A stretch of DNA of 47,980 bases from Actinomycetota bacterium (GCA_016870945.1 VGAH01000001.1:1-47980), one strand, 5' to 3'. Positions 1 to 9,170 are shown, counted from the stretch's first letter. The notes: generated by a model from the letters alone, not told the origin. Made by a program: numbers and translations.

Positions 1-1
1 T

Positions 2-514
2 CATGCCAATGGCATCTCACTTGCACGGTACGTGGTCTTTGAAAAATGTGGGTGGTCGGTAGATGATGCTTGGCCCGGGCTCGATGAGACTGTCGGTGAA
101 GTCTTGATTACCCCGACACTGATATATGCCGGTGGGTTGTTGAGCCTCTTGCAGGCGCACCCTGGTGCGGTTCATGCAATGGCGCACATCACAGGCGGGG
201 GCTTTGCGGCCAACTTGGTGCGTGCCTTACCACCCGGTGTGAAAGCGGTGGCAGATCGCAATACCTGGTCATTGCCGCCGGTGTTTAAGTCACTTGCTGA
301 ACTCGGGGCTATCTTGCAATCAGAGATGGAGAAAACTTTCAATCAAGGTGTTGGCATGGTCTTGGTTGTTTCGCAAGATGCGGCAGACCCCGTCGAACAA
401 TTTCTGATCAGTGCTGGCTTTAGGGCGTGGCAAGTAGGCGTAGTGCAGGCAGCAGATGGCAAAGGTGCAACTGCTGGGCCAAGTATTGAGCTAGTAGGTA
501 ATTACCGCTCTTAG
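2..514 (+). CDS. purM: Phosphoribosylformylglycinamidine cyclo-ligase (AIR synthetase), C-terminal part; 5' end lies outside the window
   Basis: The frame is open from the window edge (HANGISLARYVVFEKCGW...). It carries the HITGGGF motif and the C-terminal domain pattern of PurM. Stop TAG at 512-514. Confidence 0.9.
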   Translation, partial: HANGISLARYVVFEKCGWSVDDAWPGLDETVGEVLITPTLIYAGGLLSLLQAHPGAVHAMAHITGGGFAANLVRALPPGVKAVADRNTWSLPPVFKSLAELGAILQSEMEKTFNQGVGMVLVVSQDAADPVEQFLISAGFRAWQVGVVQAADGKGATAGPSIELVGNYRS

Positions 515-750
515 CGAAAGTCCTCTTCGTCTTCTAGGTCGTCGTCTTCAAAAATATCGTCATCTTCGAAGTCGTCATCTTCTAGTTCGTCATCGTCGAG
601 CAAGTCATCATCATTAGGGTCTGCCTCGTCGCTCATATCTTCGCCTCTCAACTCAGCCTGTAAGGCATCAAAATCAGTTGATGGCGTAGGAGAATACTTC
701 AGACGTCTTGCGACTTTGGCGTGCTTAGCTTTGGACTTACCGCGACCCAT
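511..750 (-). CDS. DUF3073-family protein with a basic N-terminus and a hyperacidic D/E tail
   Basis: 79 aa. MGRGKSKAKHAKVARRLKY followed by an almost pure D/E tail is the actinobacterial DUF3073 pattern. It is convergent with purM, as I recall for other actinobacteria. Its start lies 3 nt after the rpmG stop. Confidence 0.8.
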   Translation of the reverse strand: MGRGKSKAKHAKVARRLKYSPTPSTDFDALQAELRGEDMSDEADPNDDDLLDDDELEDDDFEDDDIFEDDDLEDEEDFR

Positions 751-753
751 CGA

Positions 754-918
754 TCAGCGTTCCTCGCGAAACTCCACGTGCTTGCGTGCTACCGGGTCGT
801 ACTTCTTGATGGTCATGCGGTCGGGGTCGTTGCGGCGGTTCTTGCGAGTGACGTAGGTGTAGCCAGTGCCCGCGGTCGATCGAAGTTTGATGATGGGTCG
901 GTTCTCTTGGCGGGCCAT
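754..918 (-). CDS. rpmG: 50S ribosomal protein L33
   Basis: Not in the ORF track because it is under 60 aa. Hand translation of the minus strand gives [54 protein letters not shown], then TGA. The ATG directly abuts the rpmB stop. Confidence 0.9.
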   Translation of the reverse strand: MARQENRPIIKLRSTAGTGYTYVTRKNRRNDPDRMTIKKYDPVARKHVEFREER

Positions 919-1155
919 TTAGATCTTGACCCCCTTGGCTTTCAGTTCGGCGACAACTGAATCGATGCCGCGCTTGTCGATGACCTTCAAACCTTTGGTG
1001 CTAACGGTCAAAGTAATGGTTCGTTTCAAACTGGGCACGTAGAACTTGCGTTTTTGAATGTTCGGGTCGAAGCGTCGCTTGGTACGTCGGTGCGAGTGAG
1101 AGATGTTGTGCCCAAAGCCGGGCTTGGTGCCGGTGACCTGACATACCGCGCTCAT
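919..1155 (-). CDS. rpmB: 50S ribosomal protein L28
   Basis: 78 aa. [29 protein letters not shown]... is collinear with bacterial L28. Confidence 0.95.
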   Translation of the reverse strand: MSAVCQVTGTKPGFGHNISHSHRRTKRRFDPNIQKRKFYVPSLKRTITLTVSTKGLKVIDKRGIDSVVAELKAKGVKI

Positions 1156-1218
1156 GTGCTCGAATTTTACCTTTCGTTGTTTCTAGCTGAAAACCTGCGG
1201 CTCGGCTACGAGTTCTCG

Positions 1219-1292
1219 TGGCCAGGGCCGGGATCGAACCGGCGACCTTCCGCTTTTCAGGCGGACGCTCGTACCAACTGAGCTACCTGGCC
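1219..1292 (-). tRNA. tRNA-Phe (GAA)
   Basis: Reverse complement is GGCCAGGTAGCTCAGTTGGTACGAGCGTCCGCCTGAAAAGCGGAAGGTCGCCGGTTCGATCCCGGCCCTGGCCA. It has a 7-bp acceptor stem, anticodon loop CTGAAAA and a TTCGATC T-loop. Confidence 0.95.
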
Positions 1293-1302
1293 CGACTACC
1301 CG

Positions 1303-1376
1303 CGACCCCGACGGGACTTGAACCCGCGACCTTCGCCGTGACAGGGCGACGCGCTAACCAACTGCGCTACGGGGCC
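1303..1376 (-). tRNA. tRNA-Asp (GTC)
   Basis: Reverse complement is GGCCCCGTAGCGCAGTTGGTTAGCGCGTCGCCCTGTCACGGCGAAGGTCGCGGGTTCAAGTCCCGTCGGGGTCG. Anticodon loop is CTGTCAC and the acceptor stem pairs with one G-U. Confidence 0.95.
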
Positions 1377-1388
1377 TCGTTTACTGCG

Positions 1389-1461
1389 TACCCCCGACGG
1401 GATTCGAACCCGCGTTACCGCCTTGAAAGGGCAGCGTCCTAGGCCGCTGGACGACAGGGGC
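1389..1461 (-). tRNA. tRNA-Glu (TTC)
   Basis: Reverse complement is GCCCCTGTCGTCCAGCGGCCTAGGACGCTGCCCTTTCAAGGCGGTAACGCGGGTTCGAATCCCGTCGGGGGTA. Anticodon loop is CTTTCAA. The exact ends may be off by about 1 nt. Confidence 0.9.
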
Positions 1462-1570
1462 CGACCCGTCATGGTCTGACCCGACGGCCAGACCGTCGGA
1501 GCATGACGAGCATACGGCAGGTGCTTTTCGGCAACCAGCACACTGTGCCAGCGCATCTTGCCAGCAGACT

Positions 1571-2020
1571 GTGGTGGTGCGAATAGCAGTTGGTTCAGAT
1601 CACGCTGGTTTTCCACTCAAGACCAAGTTGGCCGAGTGGCTAGCTGCCCAAGGCCATCAGGTGGTCGACGTTGGTACGCAATCTGACGAACGAGTTGATT
1701 ATCCCAGTTTCGGTTTTGACGTCGCACACCGAGTGGTGGCCGGTGAAGTAGAGCGCGGGGTGGTCGTGTGCGGCAGCGGGCAGGGCATTTGTATGGCGGT
1801 TAATCGGGTACCGGGTGCGCGTGGGGCGATCATTCGTGACGAGGCCGACTCACTCGCCACGCGACAGCACAATGACGCGAACGTGGCGTGCTTTGGTGCT
1901 CGAGTCACGCCGACTGAAGACGCGATTGCTGCGCTGAATGTGTTCTTGACTACAGATTTTGACGGGGGCAGGCACATGGCTCGAATCGAGCAGCTTGACC
2001 GCACTGCCGGTGACGCCTGA
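1571..2020 (+). CDS. rpiB: Ribose-5-phosphate isomerase B
   Basis: 149 aa. RIAVGSDHAGFPLK...VVCGSGQGICMAVNRVPGARGA is the RpiB/LacAB family signature. GTG start. Confidence 0.92.
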   Translation: MVVRIAVGSDHAGFPLKTKLAEWLAAQGHQVVDVGTQSDERVDYPSFGFDVAHRVVAGEVERGVVVCGSGQGICMAVNRVPGARGAIIRDEADSLATRQHNDANVACFGARVTPTEDAIAALNVFLTTDFDGGRHMARIEQLDRTAGDA

Positions 2021-2043
2021 CATCTAGAGTGTCACTTTGCGTC

Positions 2044-2116
2044 GGGCCGCTAGCTCAATTGGCAGAGCAACGGACTTTTAATCCGTGGGTTCGGGGTTCG
2101 ATCCCCCGGCGGCCCA
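2044..2116 (+). tRNA. tRNA-Lys (TTT)
   Basis: GGGCCGCTAGCTCAATTGGCAGAGCAACGGACTTTTAATCCGTGGGTTCGGGGTTCGATCCCCCGGCGGCCCA. Anticodon loop is CTTTTAA and the acceptor stem is 7 bp. Confidence 0.95.
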
Positions 2117-2168
2117 CTCGTGAAAAGAATTGCAAGCCTCGTGGTTGAGCCATCGTGACTGAGCCATC

Positions 2169-3461
2169 ATGACTGAACCTCGCATTTACGACCCCGACGA
2201 AATCGAGTTACTGCTGCGCGCCGGGCGCCTCGCACTTGAGACCGAATCAAGTACGGACGGGGCAGAGCGCATCGTCGCCTACTTGGCTCGCGCATTTGAT
2301 ACCGGGCCGGTGCAGGTCGCGGCAACTCCAACTTCGTTAACGATCGCGCTTGGGCCCATCGGTGATCAACAAGTACAGGTAATTCGCGCCAAACCCGGAT
2401 CACTCAACCTAGGTGGCAGTTCAGGGCTGGACGAGGTCGTTCGCAAATCCCTTAGCGGCAAGTTCACTGCTGGTGAAGCACTAGATGAAGTGATAGCGCT
2501 CGAACAGCCACCTTCGGCCAGGCGCAGATTGTTGTCAGTGCCAGCTTGGGGTGTGGCAGCAGCTGCCATCACTGTGTTAATCGGTGGTCGAGGTTTTGAC
2601 GCGGTGCTGGCATTGTTGACGGGTTTTGTCGTCGGTGGAGTGATGTGGTGGGTCGGGCGAAACCCCAGGGCAGCTCGAGTGTTAGCACCGGTTGTTGCTT
2701 TCTTAGGCGCCTTCGCCGCGGTTGCATTTGCGCACGTGCTCTTTGCTGCTTTCGGGTGGGAGACGGCTCCCGTGCGCGCGACAGTCGCCTCGTTATTGTT
2801 GTTAATCCCTGCGTTTTCGTTGGTTGTTGCGGTTGAAGAGTTGGCGTTGGGGCACTTGCTTGCTGGTTCATCTCGAATGTTTGGTGCGGTGCTGGTGATC
2901 TTTGGTGTGGTGTTGGGCGCTTCGCTTGGGCGCCAAGTTGGATGGTCATTACTTGGGCCTTTACCTGCAGGTGCGGTTCTGCCATTGCCCGTTTGGGCGT
3001 TCGTCATCGCGGCTGCGATAGCTGGTGCTGCGTTTTCAGTCGGGCTGGGGTTACGTGGAGTTGCTGTTGTCGTGGTGGCTCTAGCCGTGATGTTGATGGC
3101 TACTTTGGCGCGCGGCATGCAATTGGCTTTTCAGGGGCGCATCAGTGACGTTGCAGCACCACTATTGGCGACGTTCGTGTCTGCCTTCATCTTGGGGCTG
3201 GTCGGCGCCTTTGTCGCCAGGTATACGACTATTTCTGCTTTGGTGATCATCGTGCCCTCTTCGTTCATGCTGATACCTGGCGCACTTGGGTTTGGCGCCT
3301 TTCAAAGCTTGTTTGCCCAACAAACCCAAGATGGTGTTGCCACCCTGATCACTGCACTAGCCACTATTGCCGCGCTGGTCTACGGCCTATTAGTGGCCAC
3401 CGCAATTACCCCCCGCCCCTTCGCCCAGTACTTGTCTGTGAAAGTAAACATTCGTGACTAG
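2169..3461 (+). CDS. Threonine/serine exporter family (ThrE-like) membrane protein
   Basis: 430 aa. The soluble N-terminal region (IELLLRAGRLALETESSTDGAERIV) is followed by about 10 hydrophobic helices, which is the ThrE/DUF1212+DUF3815 architecture. Confidence 0.75.
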   Translation: MTEPRIYDPDEIELLLRAGRLALETESSTDGAERIVAYLARAFDTGPVQVAATPTSLTIALGPIGDQQVQVIRAKPGSLNLGGSSGLDEVVRKSLSGKFTAGEALDEVIALEQPPSARRRLLSVPAWGVAAAAITVLIGGRGFDAVLALLTGFVVGGVMWWVGRNPRAARVLAPVVAFLGAFAAVAFAHVLFAAFGWETAPVRATVASLLLLIPAFSLVVAVEELALGHLLAGSSRMFGAVLVIFGVVLGASLGRQVGWSLLGPLPAGAVLPLPVWAFVIAAAIAGAAFSVGLGLRGVAVVVVALAVMLMATLARGMQLAFQGRISDVAAPLLATFVSAFILGLVGAFVARYTTISALVIIVPSSFMLIPGALGFGAFQSLFAQQTQDGVATLITALATIAALVYGLLVATAITPRPFAQYLSVKVNIRD

Positions 3462-4236
3462 AACTCCGACTAATCCAGTTGGAAGGGCTGCACGCGCACT
3501 AGTTGCTGCCGTTTCAGATCAGCCCTGGTGGCTGAAGGCAAGAACGAGCATGGCGAGTGCGTTACCTCCGCGACTTAGGGGGCGAGTGGGTGCTGCGTTG
3601 TCACCTCGAGAAAGCATGGGGTTTAACGACCAAGAGCGGCGCACCGAGATGATGCTTGAACTTGTGGCGTCTTTTGAACCCGAAGTAATCATTGAAACGG
3701 GCACTTATCAGGGTGCTACCACTGAATGGTTTGCTGATAACTCGAATACGCAAATCGTCACGGTGGAATCATCTGAGTGGTTCTTTTCTTATGCGCAATA
3801 TCGACTCTCACAAATTCCACAAATCGAGCTCATTTTCGGAAACTCTGTTTCAGCCCTGCAAGAATTGAGCTCCAATCTTGACATAGTGGCCCGAAAAACG
3901 CTTTTCTACTTAGACGCTCATTGGAATGAATATTTGCCGCTTGCAGATGAAATTGATTTGATCATGGCTAATTGGTCAGACTTCATCATTGTTATTGATG
4001 ACTTTGAAGTAGACGATGATGCCGGTTACACCTTTGACGATTACGGCCCGGGCAAACGTTTGGACAAAACTCTGATACCCGCCAAACATCGAGATCAGCT
4101 ATTCGCTTATTACCCGAAGGCCAAGAGCTCAGAGGAAACTAGCCACAAACGCGGCGTAATAGTTCTCACCCCCAAACGTCACAAAGATCTACTCGATGGC
4201 TTGAGTCTGCTTCGCCCCACCCCTCTTTCTGTCTGA
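3454..4236 (+). CDS. Putative class I SAM-dependent methyltransferase (O-methyltransferase family 3-like fold); start uncertain
   Basis: IIETGTYQGATTEWFA resembles SAM motif I. TVESS...LFYLDAHW...IIVIDDF resembles the following strands. Alternative ATG starts at 3550 and 3616 are possible. The 3' two-thirds is visibly AT-richer than the flanks. Confidence 0.5.
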   Translation: MTRTPTNPVGRAARALVAAVSDQPWWLKARTSMASALPPRLRGRVGAALSPRESMGFNDQERRTEMMLELVASFEPEVIIETGTYQGATTEWFADNSNTQIVTVESSEWFFSYAQYRLSQIPQIELIFGNSVSALQELSSNLDIVARKTLFYLDAHWNEYLPLADEIDLIMANWSDFIIVIDDFEVDDDAGYTFDDYGPGKRLDKTLIPAKHRDQLFAYYPKAKSSEETSHKRGVIVLTPKRHKDLLDGLSLLRPTPLSV

Positions 4237-5169
4237 AGCTCCGTCTACCAACGTGTTGGCTTGTAGGCGGGCGGTCTCAGCTAGGACAACACCAACAAGC
4301 ACAGTCGCGCCACCAATAATTTGAGCGAGCGTTAGTCGCTCGCCGAGCAACGCAAACGCTATAACCGAGGCAATTACCGGCTCAAGACTTGCGATGATGA
4401 TTGCGCTTTTCGCATCCAGGTACATCAATGACGTGAACGACAGCAAGAATGGAACCACAGTGCCCATGACAATCACCCAACCCACCAAAACCCAAAGCGG
4501 CACGAACCAAGTGCTCGAACCAGGTACTTCAGTTAGCTGGGCAAAAACCAGCCAATCAAAACCCCACAGCGGATTAACAACCAAGAAAAACAGTGCACCC
4601 GAACACATCGACAGCGCAGCAGTAGCAAGCGAGCTTCTCTCACGCACATAGTGCTCGCCACCAATGAAGTAAGCCGCCAACGAAAGGGCAGCACCCACGG
4701 CCGCTAACAAGCCCCAGAAATTCAAAGTGAGCCCTTGCCAAATTTGGGTGATGGTCGCAAGCCCGATTAGAACCAGAGCCAACGCGAGCCAAACTCGTTT
4801 TCGTACCGCCTTTTTTTGTACGTAGCGAAACCACAGTGCCACCAAGACAGGTGCCGTGAATTCGATTACCAGTGCCACCCCGATGGGCAATAACTCGATG
4901 GCGATGAAATAGAAGAACTGCGTAAAAGAAACTGCCACGATTCCATAGACCAACATCGGCAAGATCTCTTTGCGGGTAAGTCGCAAGTCTTTTGGCACGA
5001 AAATCAATGCGATAATCAAAAGAATCAGCCCAGCACCCGAGATCCGAAGCGTGACCAAATCAATCGGCGTGAGCTCAGCGATTAGCACCTGCTTGGCAAC
5101 ACTGCCGTTTAATGCAAAGAAACAAGCCGCAGCAATGGCAAGTAGATACCCGGGTGCCCGAGCACCCAT
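4189..5169 (-). CDS. EamA/DMT-family transporter
   Basis: 326 aa with about 10 TM helices in two EamA-like repeats. Confidence 0.8.
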   Translation of the reverse strand: MGARAPGYLLAIAAACFFALNGSVAKQVLIAELTPIDLVTLRISGAGLILLIIALIFVPKDLRLTRKEILPMLVYGIVAVSFTQFFYFIAIELLPIGVALVIEFTAPVLVALWFRYVQKKAVRKRVWLALALVLIGLATITQIWQGLTLNFWGLLAAVGAALSLAAYFIGGEHYVRERSSLATAALSMCSGALFFLVVNPLWGFDWLVFAQLTEVPGSSTWFVPLWVLVGWVIVMGTVVPFLLSFTSLMYLDAKSAIIIASLEPVIASVIAFALLGERLTLAQIIGGATVLVGVVLAETARLQANTLVDGASDRKRGGAKQTQAIE

Positions 5170-5194
5170 GGCAACCTTGGCAACGCCTACTTGA

Positions 5195-6124
5195 TTAAAG
5201 GTGAACTGCTCCGGCTTCTACTGAAACTGCATTTAAAGATTTACCCGAGACTAGACGGTGAAACAACACGTAAGCACTTGGCGGTAACGCGGTATCAGGC
5301 ACGCCAACCCCAAGCTCATATGCGGCGGCACTCGCCATGAATGGCAACAACGGTCGGTGCCCACAAATGACAAGTGGACGGGGTTGAGCCGCCAATGTTC
5401 GCGCGATCTCTTGCGAAGGTTCCGGCCCATATTCGACGAACTCTTCGCTTAACCCCGGCATCACCGAAATCGGGCGAAAATGCCGCAAAGAAAATGGCGT
5501 GACCGATTGAATACATCGCGTCGCAGGTGATGAATAGATGTCCTCGATACCAAATGCGTGCAAGATCTTCTCTAACCAGTTTGCTTGTCTTAAACCTTGA
5601 TTTGTCAACGGTCGCGCGCTGTCGGGTGGTGGGACGGGTTTGAATTTCGCCCGAAATGCCTGACGCCGTTCAGCCTGTGCATGCCGCAGCAACATCATCG
5701 GCTCGGTCGCCTTCTCGTATTGCGTCACCTCATTTAGTAAGTCGCGATCGCGTTGGTAAGTGAGCATCTGTGCGGCTTCTGAGAGTTTCACCCATTTAAC
5801 TTCGTCTACTTCGCGCGAGGGTTGCCACCCGATTTCTTGACGCACCCACCCGACCCAATAGTCCACCGTCTTTGGTGAACCGAGCGCTTCGTACGAAACT
5901 GACTGCAACCTTCGGCCGAGTTTGATATCAAGCCCTGCTTCTTCGGCGATTTCTCTAACTGCGGCTACCGGTGCTGGCTCACCACGTTCAAGCTTCCCTT
6001 TCGGAAACGACCAGTCTTTTCGTTCACCACGGTGGATCAAACACACGTACGGTGTTCGATTTTGAGTTTTTAGGACGACGGCACCCGCAGCCCGAACAAC
6101 TTCGGGCGTCGACTGGGGCTTCAC
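5195..6124 (-). CDS. mutT1: Nudix hydrolase fused to a histidine-phosphatase (SixA-like) domain, MutT1-type
   Basis: Nudix box [23 protein letters not shown] in the N-terminal half. The C-terminal half is LLRHAQAE...GHRP phosphohistidine-phosphatase-like. Its GTG start overlaps the ppk stop (GTGA), the same pairing as mycobacterial ppk1-mutT1. Confidence 0.8.
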   Translation of the reverse strand: MKPQSTPEVVRAAGAVVLKTQNRTPYVCLIHRGERKDWSFPKGKLERGEPAPVAAVREIAEEAGLDIKLGRRLQSVSYEALGSPKTVDYWVGWVRQEIGWQPSREVDEVKWVKLSEAAQMLTYQRDRDLLNEVTQYEKATEPMMLLRHAQAERRQAFRAKFKPVPPPDSARPLTNQGLRQANWLEKILHAFGIEDIYSSPATRCIQSVTPFSLRHFRPISVMPGLSEEFVEYGPEPSQEIARTLAAQPRPLVICGHRPLLPFMASAAAYELGVGVPDTALPPSAYVLFHRLVSGKSLNAVSVEAGAVHL

Positions 6125-8181
6125 GCTGAGCCGCGCAAACCCTTTCGCTTGAGGAGTGTCTCTTGGTATTGCTGCAAAGGCAAACCATTTTCGTCACGAT
6201 CGCGGTTTTCCCAAGTTCCATCGCTACGCAGGTGCCATGCGGCGGTGTCACTTGCTAGAGCCAGATCCAACACACCCTTCAAGTAATCGATGTGTCCTTG
6301 GTCTTTTATCGAAACCAAGGTCTCGACCCGACGGTCAAGATTGCGGTGCATCATGTCAGCCGATCCGAGCCATAGCTCGTCTTCACCGCCGTTTGCGAAG
6401 TGATAAATGCGCGAGTGCTCTAGAAAACGCCCAAGAATGCTTCGAACCCGGATGTTTTCGCTTAAACCTGGGGTGCCTGGCCGAAGCGAGCACATTCCGC
6501 GAATCACTAAATCAACCTTCACGCCTGCATTTGACGCCTCATACAGAGCATCGATGGTTTGCTCGTCTATTAGTGCGTTGCACTTGAAGCGGATCCCGCT
6601 GGGCAACCCTCGCTTGTGATTTTCGATTTCCTGTTCGATCTTTTCAAGAATCGTGCTTCTTAGAGCCCGTGGCGCGACCATCAACCGATTAAATGCGGCC
6701 TCGGTGCCGAAGCCTGAGAGTTCATTAAATAGCCGTGCCAAATCATCGCCAATTGCTTCGTCACAGGTGAGTAGCCCTAAGTCTTCGTAAGTGCGAGCCG
6801 TGCGTGGGTGATAGTTACCAGTGCCAATGTGGCAGTAGCGCTTGACTTGTTCGCCCTCTTGGCGAATTACCATCGCTAATTTGGCGTGGGTCTTTAACCC
6901 AACTAACCCATAAACAACGTGCACGCCCGCTTGTTCGAGTTTTCTCGCCCACGTGATGTTGGTTTGTTCGTCGAACCTTGCCTTGATCTCGACGATGACA
7001 AGTACCTGTTTGCCGTTTTCGGCAGCTTCGATCAGTGATTCGAGCACGGGCGAGTCACCCGATGTTCGATACAGGGTCTGCTTGATCGCAAGCACCTGCG
7101 GGTCGTTTGCAGCCTGTTCGATGAAGCGCTGAACGCTGGTTGAGAACGCGTCATACGGGTGATGAACCAGCACGTCATGCTTTCTGATGGCGTCCAATAC
7201 GTCTGAAGGGGACGAGGTCTCAACGTCAGATATTTCTGGGCTGGTGCGTGGCTGAAACGACGGGAGTTTCAAGTCTTCACGCGGTAGCTCATAAACCTGC
7301 ATCAAACCCGTCATGTCCAGCATCGAAGAAACTCGAATCACCTCGTTATCGGTGATGCCAAGCTCTTCAATCAATGTGTCGAGCACTTCTTCGTCAATGC
7401 CGTCTTCTACTTCTAACCGAACTGGCGGCCCAAAGCGGCGGCGAGTCAACTCTTTTTCGAGTGCGTCCAAAAGACTTTCGGCCTCGTCTTCTTCAACTTC
7501 CACGTCTTCATTTCGAGTAACGCGAAACGTGTGGTGGCTGGTGATTGCCATCCCGGGGAAGAGTTGATCAAGGTGGGCTGAGATGACTTCTTCAAGCGGC
7601 ACGAACCTCGTGCCATCCGCAGGGAGCAGTCTCGGCAACGACGGGGGCACCTTCACGCGTGCGAAGAAACTCTCTTCGCCGTTGGGTTTTTGCCCGGTGA
7701 CTGCAAGGTTTAGAGACAAACCCGATATGTAAGGGAACGGGTGTGACGGGTCGACAGCCAAAGGCGTTAGGACGGGGAATAACTTCTTATTGAAAACTTT
7801 TTGCAGGTTCGCCTTCTCTTCCACGCTCAGGTCAGACCAATGCACGATGTCGATGCCCTCGTCGCGTAATTGAGGCAGAACTTGCTTGCTAAAGATTGCT
7901 GATTGACGCTCCATCAAGACTCGCGATTCGCGTAGTGCGAGATCCATAGCGGTGCGCGGTAAGAGCCCGCTAGTGGCTCGAATTGCTATTCCGGCTGCGA
8001 TTCTTCGCTGTAGGCCAGCAACTCGAACCATGAAGAATTCATCCAGATTGCTCGAAAAGATCGCAAGAAACTTGACCCGTTCGAGCAGCGGCATTGACTC
8101 GTCTTCGGCTAGTTGTAAGACCCGTTCATTGAAGGCCAGCCAAGAAAGCTCTCGGTCTAGATAGCGCTCGTCGGTGCTCAC
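6121..8181 (-). CDS. ppk: Polyphosphate kinase 1
   Basis: 686 aa. [18 protein letters not shown] at the N-terminus, with PLD-like HxK-type C-terminal domains ([20 protein letters not shown]). Confidence 0.97.
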   Translation of the reverse strand: MSTDERYLDRELSWLAFNERVLQLAEDESMPLLERVKFLAIFSSNLDEFFMVRVAGLQRRIAAGIAIRATSGLLPRTAMDLALRESRVLMERQSAIFSKQVLPQLRDEGIDIVHWSDLSVEEKANLQKVFNKKLFPVLTPLAVDPSHPFPYISGLSLNLAVTGQKPNGEESFFARVKVPPSLPRLLPADGTRFVPLEEVISAHLDQLFPGMAITSHHTFRVTRNEDVEVEEDEAESLLDALEKELTRRRFGPPVRLEVEDGIDEEVLDTLIEELGITDNEVIRVSSMLDMTGLMQVYELPREDLKLPSFQPRTSPEISDVETSSPSDVLDAIRKHDVLVHHPYDAFSTSVQRFIEQAANDPQVLAIKQTLYRTSGDSPVLESLIEAAENGKQVLVIVEIKARFDEQTNITWARKLEQAGVHVVYGLVGLKTHAKLAMVIRQEGEQVKRYCHIGTGNYHPRTARTYEDLGLLTCDEAIGDDLARLFNELSGFGTEAAFNRLMVAPRALRSTILEKIEQEIENHKRGLPSGIRFKCNALIDEQTIDALYEASNAGVKVDLVIRGMCSLRPGTPGLSENIRVRSILGRFLEHSRIYHFANGGEDELWLGSADMMHRNLDRRVETLVSIKDQGHIDYLKGVLDLALASDTAAWHLRSDGTWENRDRDENGLPLQQYQETLLKRKGLRGSA

Positions 8182-8204
8182 CAGGCGATGTTGCCAGACG
8201 AAGG

Positions 8205-9170
8205 TTAAGCGCCTTTTCTAAAGAGAATGTCCTTACTTAGTTGTGAGAACCCAAGCTTTTCGTAAAGAGCAACAGCCGGGGAATTGTTTAAATCTACGTA
8301 AAGAATGGCTGAATCCAAACCTTTGTCAACGAGGTGGCGTAACCCAATGACTGCAATCGCCTGACCAAGCCCGTGCCCTTGAAACTTCGGCGTGACACCT
8401 AATACGTAGATCTCACCGAATGCGTCGTGAGAATGAGAGGGCGCCGGTATGCGCCCGGCTTCAATTCGGCGCGGTTGGCCGTGAATCTTCGTCCAATGAA
8501 AAGCTGCAAGTTGATTTGGGTCGCTATTGGCAAAGATCAGAAAGAAACCCTTGGGGTCGAACCAATCTTCTTTCATTCGCACGGTCAGGTCACGGCGAGT
8601 CCAGCGCTTTTGATCTGGTAGTGATTTGAATACTTCACGATTTGCGGCCAAGAACAACTCTTCGTCTTTACCTGGTTCGAACGTGCGGCACGTGAAACCT
8701 TGCGGTAGTTCGATTGCGGGAAGTGACGTAAAAAGCGAGCGGCCCATCTTTACGAGTTCGCGCTCGACGCCAAAACCTTGCTCGTTGGCTAGATCGATTA
8801 AATGTTTGCTGTCACCTCGTGCCCAAAGTCGAAGACTTGACTCTGCGGCGTCTCGACTCATGCCAGCTAAGAGGTGCCCCAAAACTTCAGGCCCTGAATC
8901 ATGTGAAATCACTAATTCAGCACTAGGCCCTTTCACTTGATCAGAGCAGTCCAAGTGCGCGTAACCAAGTAGTGCACCGTTTGTCTTTCGAACCAAAAGA
9001 TGGCGGGCAGCTTCGTCGCCACCTTCTCGTAAATGCAGTTCGACGTGTTCAGAAATCGGACGGGTGCCATCGGGTGCAGTAACTGAGTCGATTAATTGAA
9101 CTATTTGGGCTAAGTCGTTCTGACTAACACTTTCGGTTGAGGTGACGATCAGTGAGTCGCTGATTTTCAG
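8205..9170 (-). CDS. mshD: Mycothiol synthase (mycothiol acetyltransferase); start codon unresolved and non-canonical
   Basis: Two GNAT-like halves (FHWTKIH...[21 protein letters not shown]). The track starts at TTG 8996, but the frame continues upstream as ...[38 protein letters not shown]..., which matches the MshD N-terminal domain. Only CTG or ATC codons are available there (9170, 9164, 9152, 9149). Confidence 0.85.
   Translation of the reverse strand: MKISDSLIVTSTESVSQNDLAQIVQLIDSVTAPDGTRPISEHVELHLREGGDEAARHLLVRKTNGALLGYAHLDCSDQVKGPSAELVISHDSGPEVLGHLLAGMSRDAAESSLRLWARGDSKHLIDLANEQGFGVERELVKMGRSLFTSLPAIELPQGFTCRTFEPGKDEELFLAANREVFKSLPDQKRWTRRDLTVRMKEDWFDPKGFFLIFANSDPNQLAAFHWTKIHGQPRRIEAGRIPAPSHSHDAFGEIYVLGVTPKFQGHGLGQAIAVIGLRHLVDKGLDSAILYVDLNNSPAVALYEKLGFSQLSKDILFRKGA

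Noticed and set aside
721-960. 79-aa plus-strand ORF
   Set aside because: It lies antisense to the hand-identified rpmG and the ends of DUF3073 and rpmB, and has no motif support.
1179-1194. Imperfect palindrome GTTTCTAGCTGAAAAC upstream of rpmB, considered as a Zur box controlling alternative (Zn-independent) L28/L33
   Set aside because: Only 6 of 8 positions pair, and only the TGAAAAC half resembles actinobacterial Zur boxes. The L28 and L33 here are ordinary Cys-poor E. coli-like forms. Without the rest of the genome I cannot say they are alternative paralogues.
1054-1616. ORFs of 74-106 aa overlapping the tRNA-Glu/Asp/Phe cluster
   Set aside because: The region folds into three canonical cloverleaf tRNAs. 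The ORFs are by-products of GC-rich tRNA sequence.
2366-3118. 250-aa and 138-aa minus-strand ORFs, plus small plus-strand ORFs, inside the thrE-like gene
   Set aside because: They lie antisense or out of frame to a well-supported membrane-protein gene. Their products are low-complexity Ala/Thr/Pro/Arg-rich strings with no recognisable motifs, typical of shadow ORFs in GC-rich hydrophobic coding sequence.
2044-4236. tRNA-Lys (and tRNA-Thr at 23690) as integration sites for a genomic island
   Set aside because: No integrase, excisionase or phage gene follows either tRNA, and I found no direct repeat of the tRNA 3' end downstream. The AT-rich methyltransferase gene is separated from tRNA-Lys by a compositionally normal thrE-like gene.
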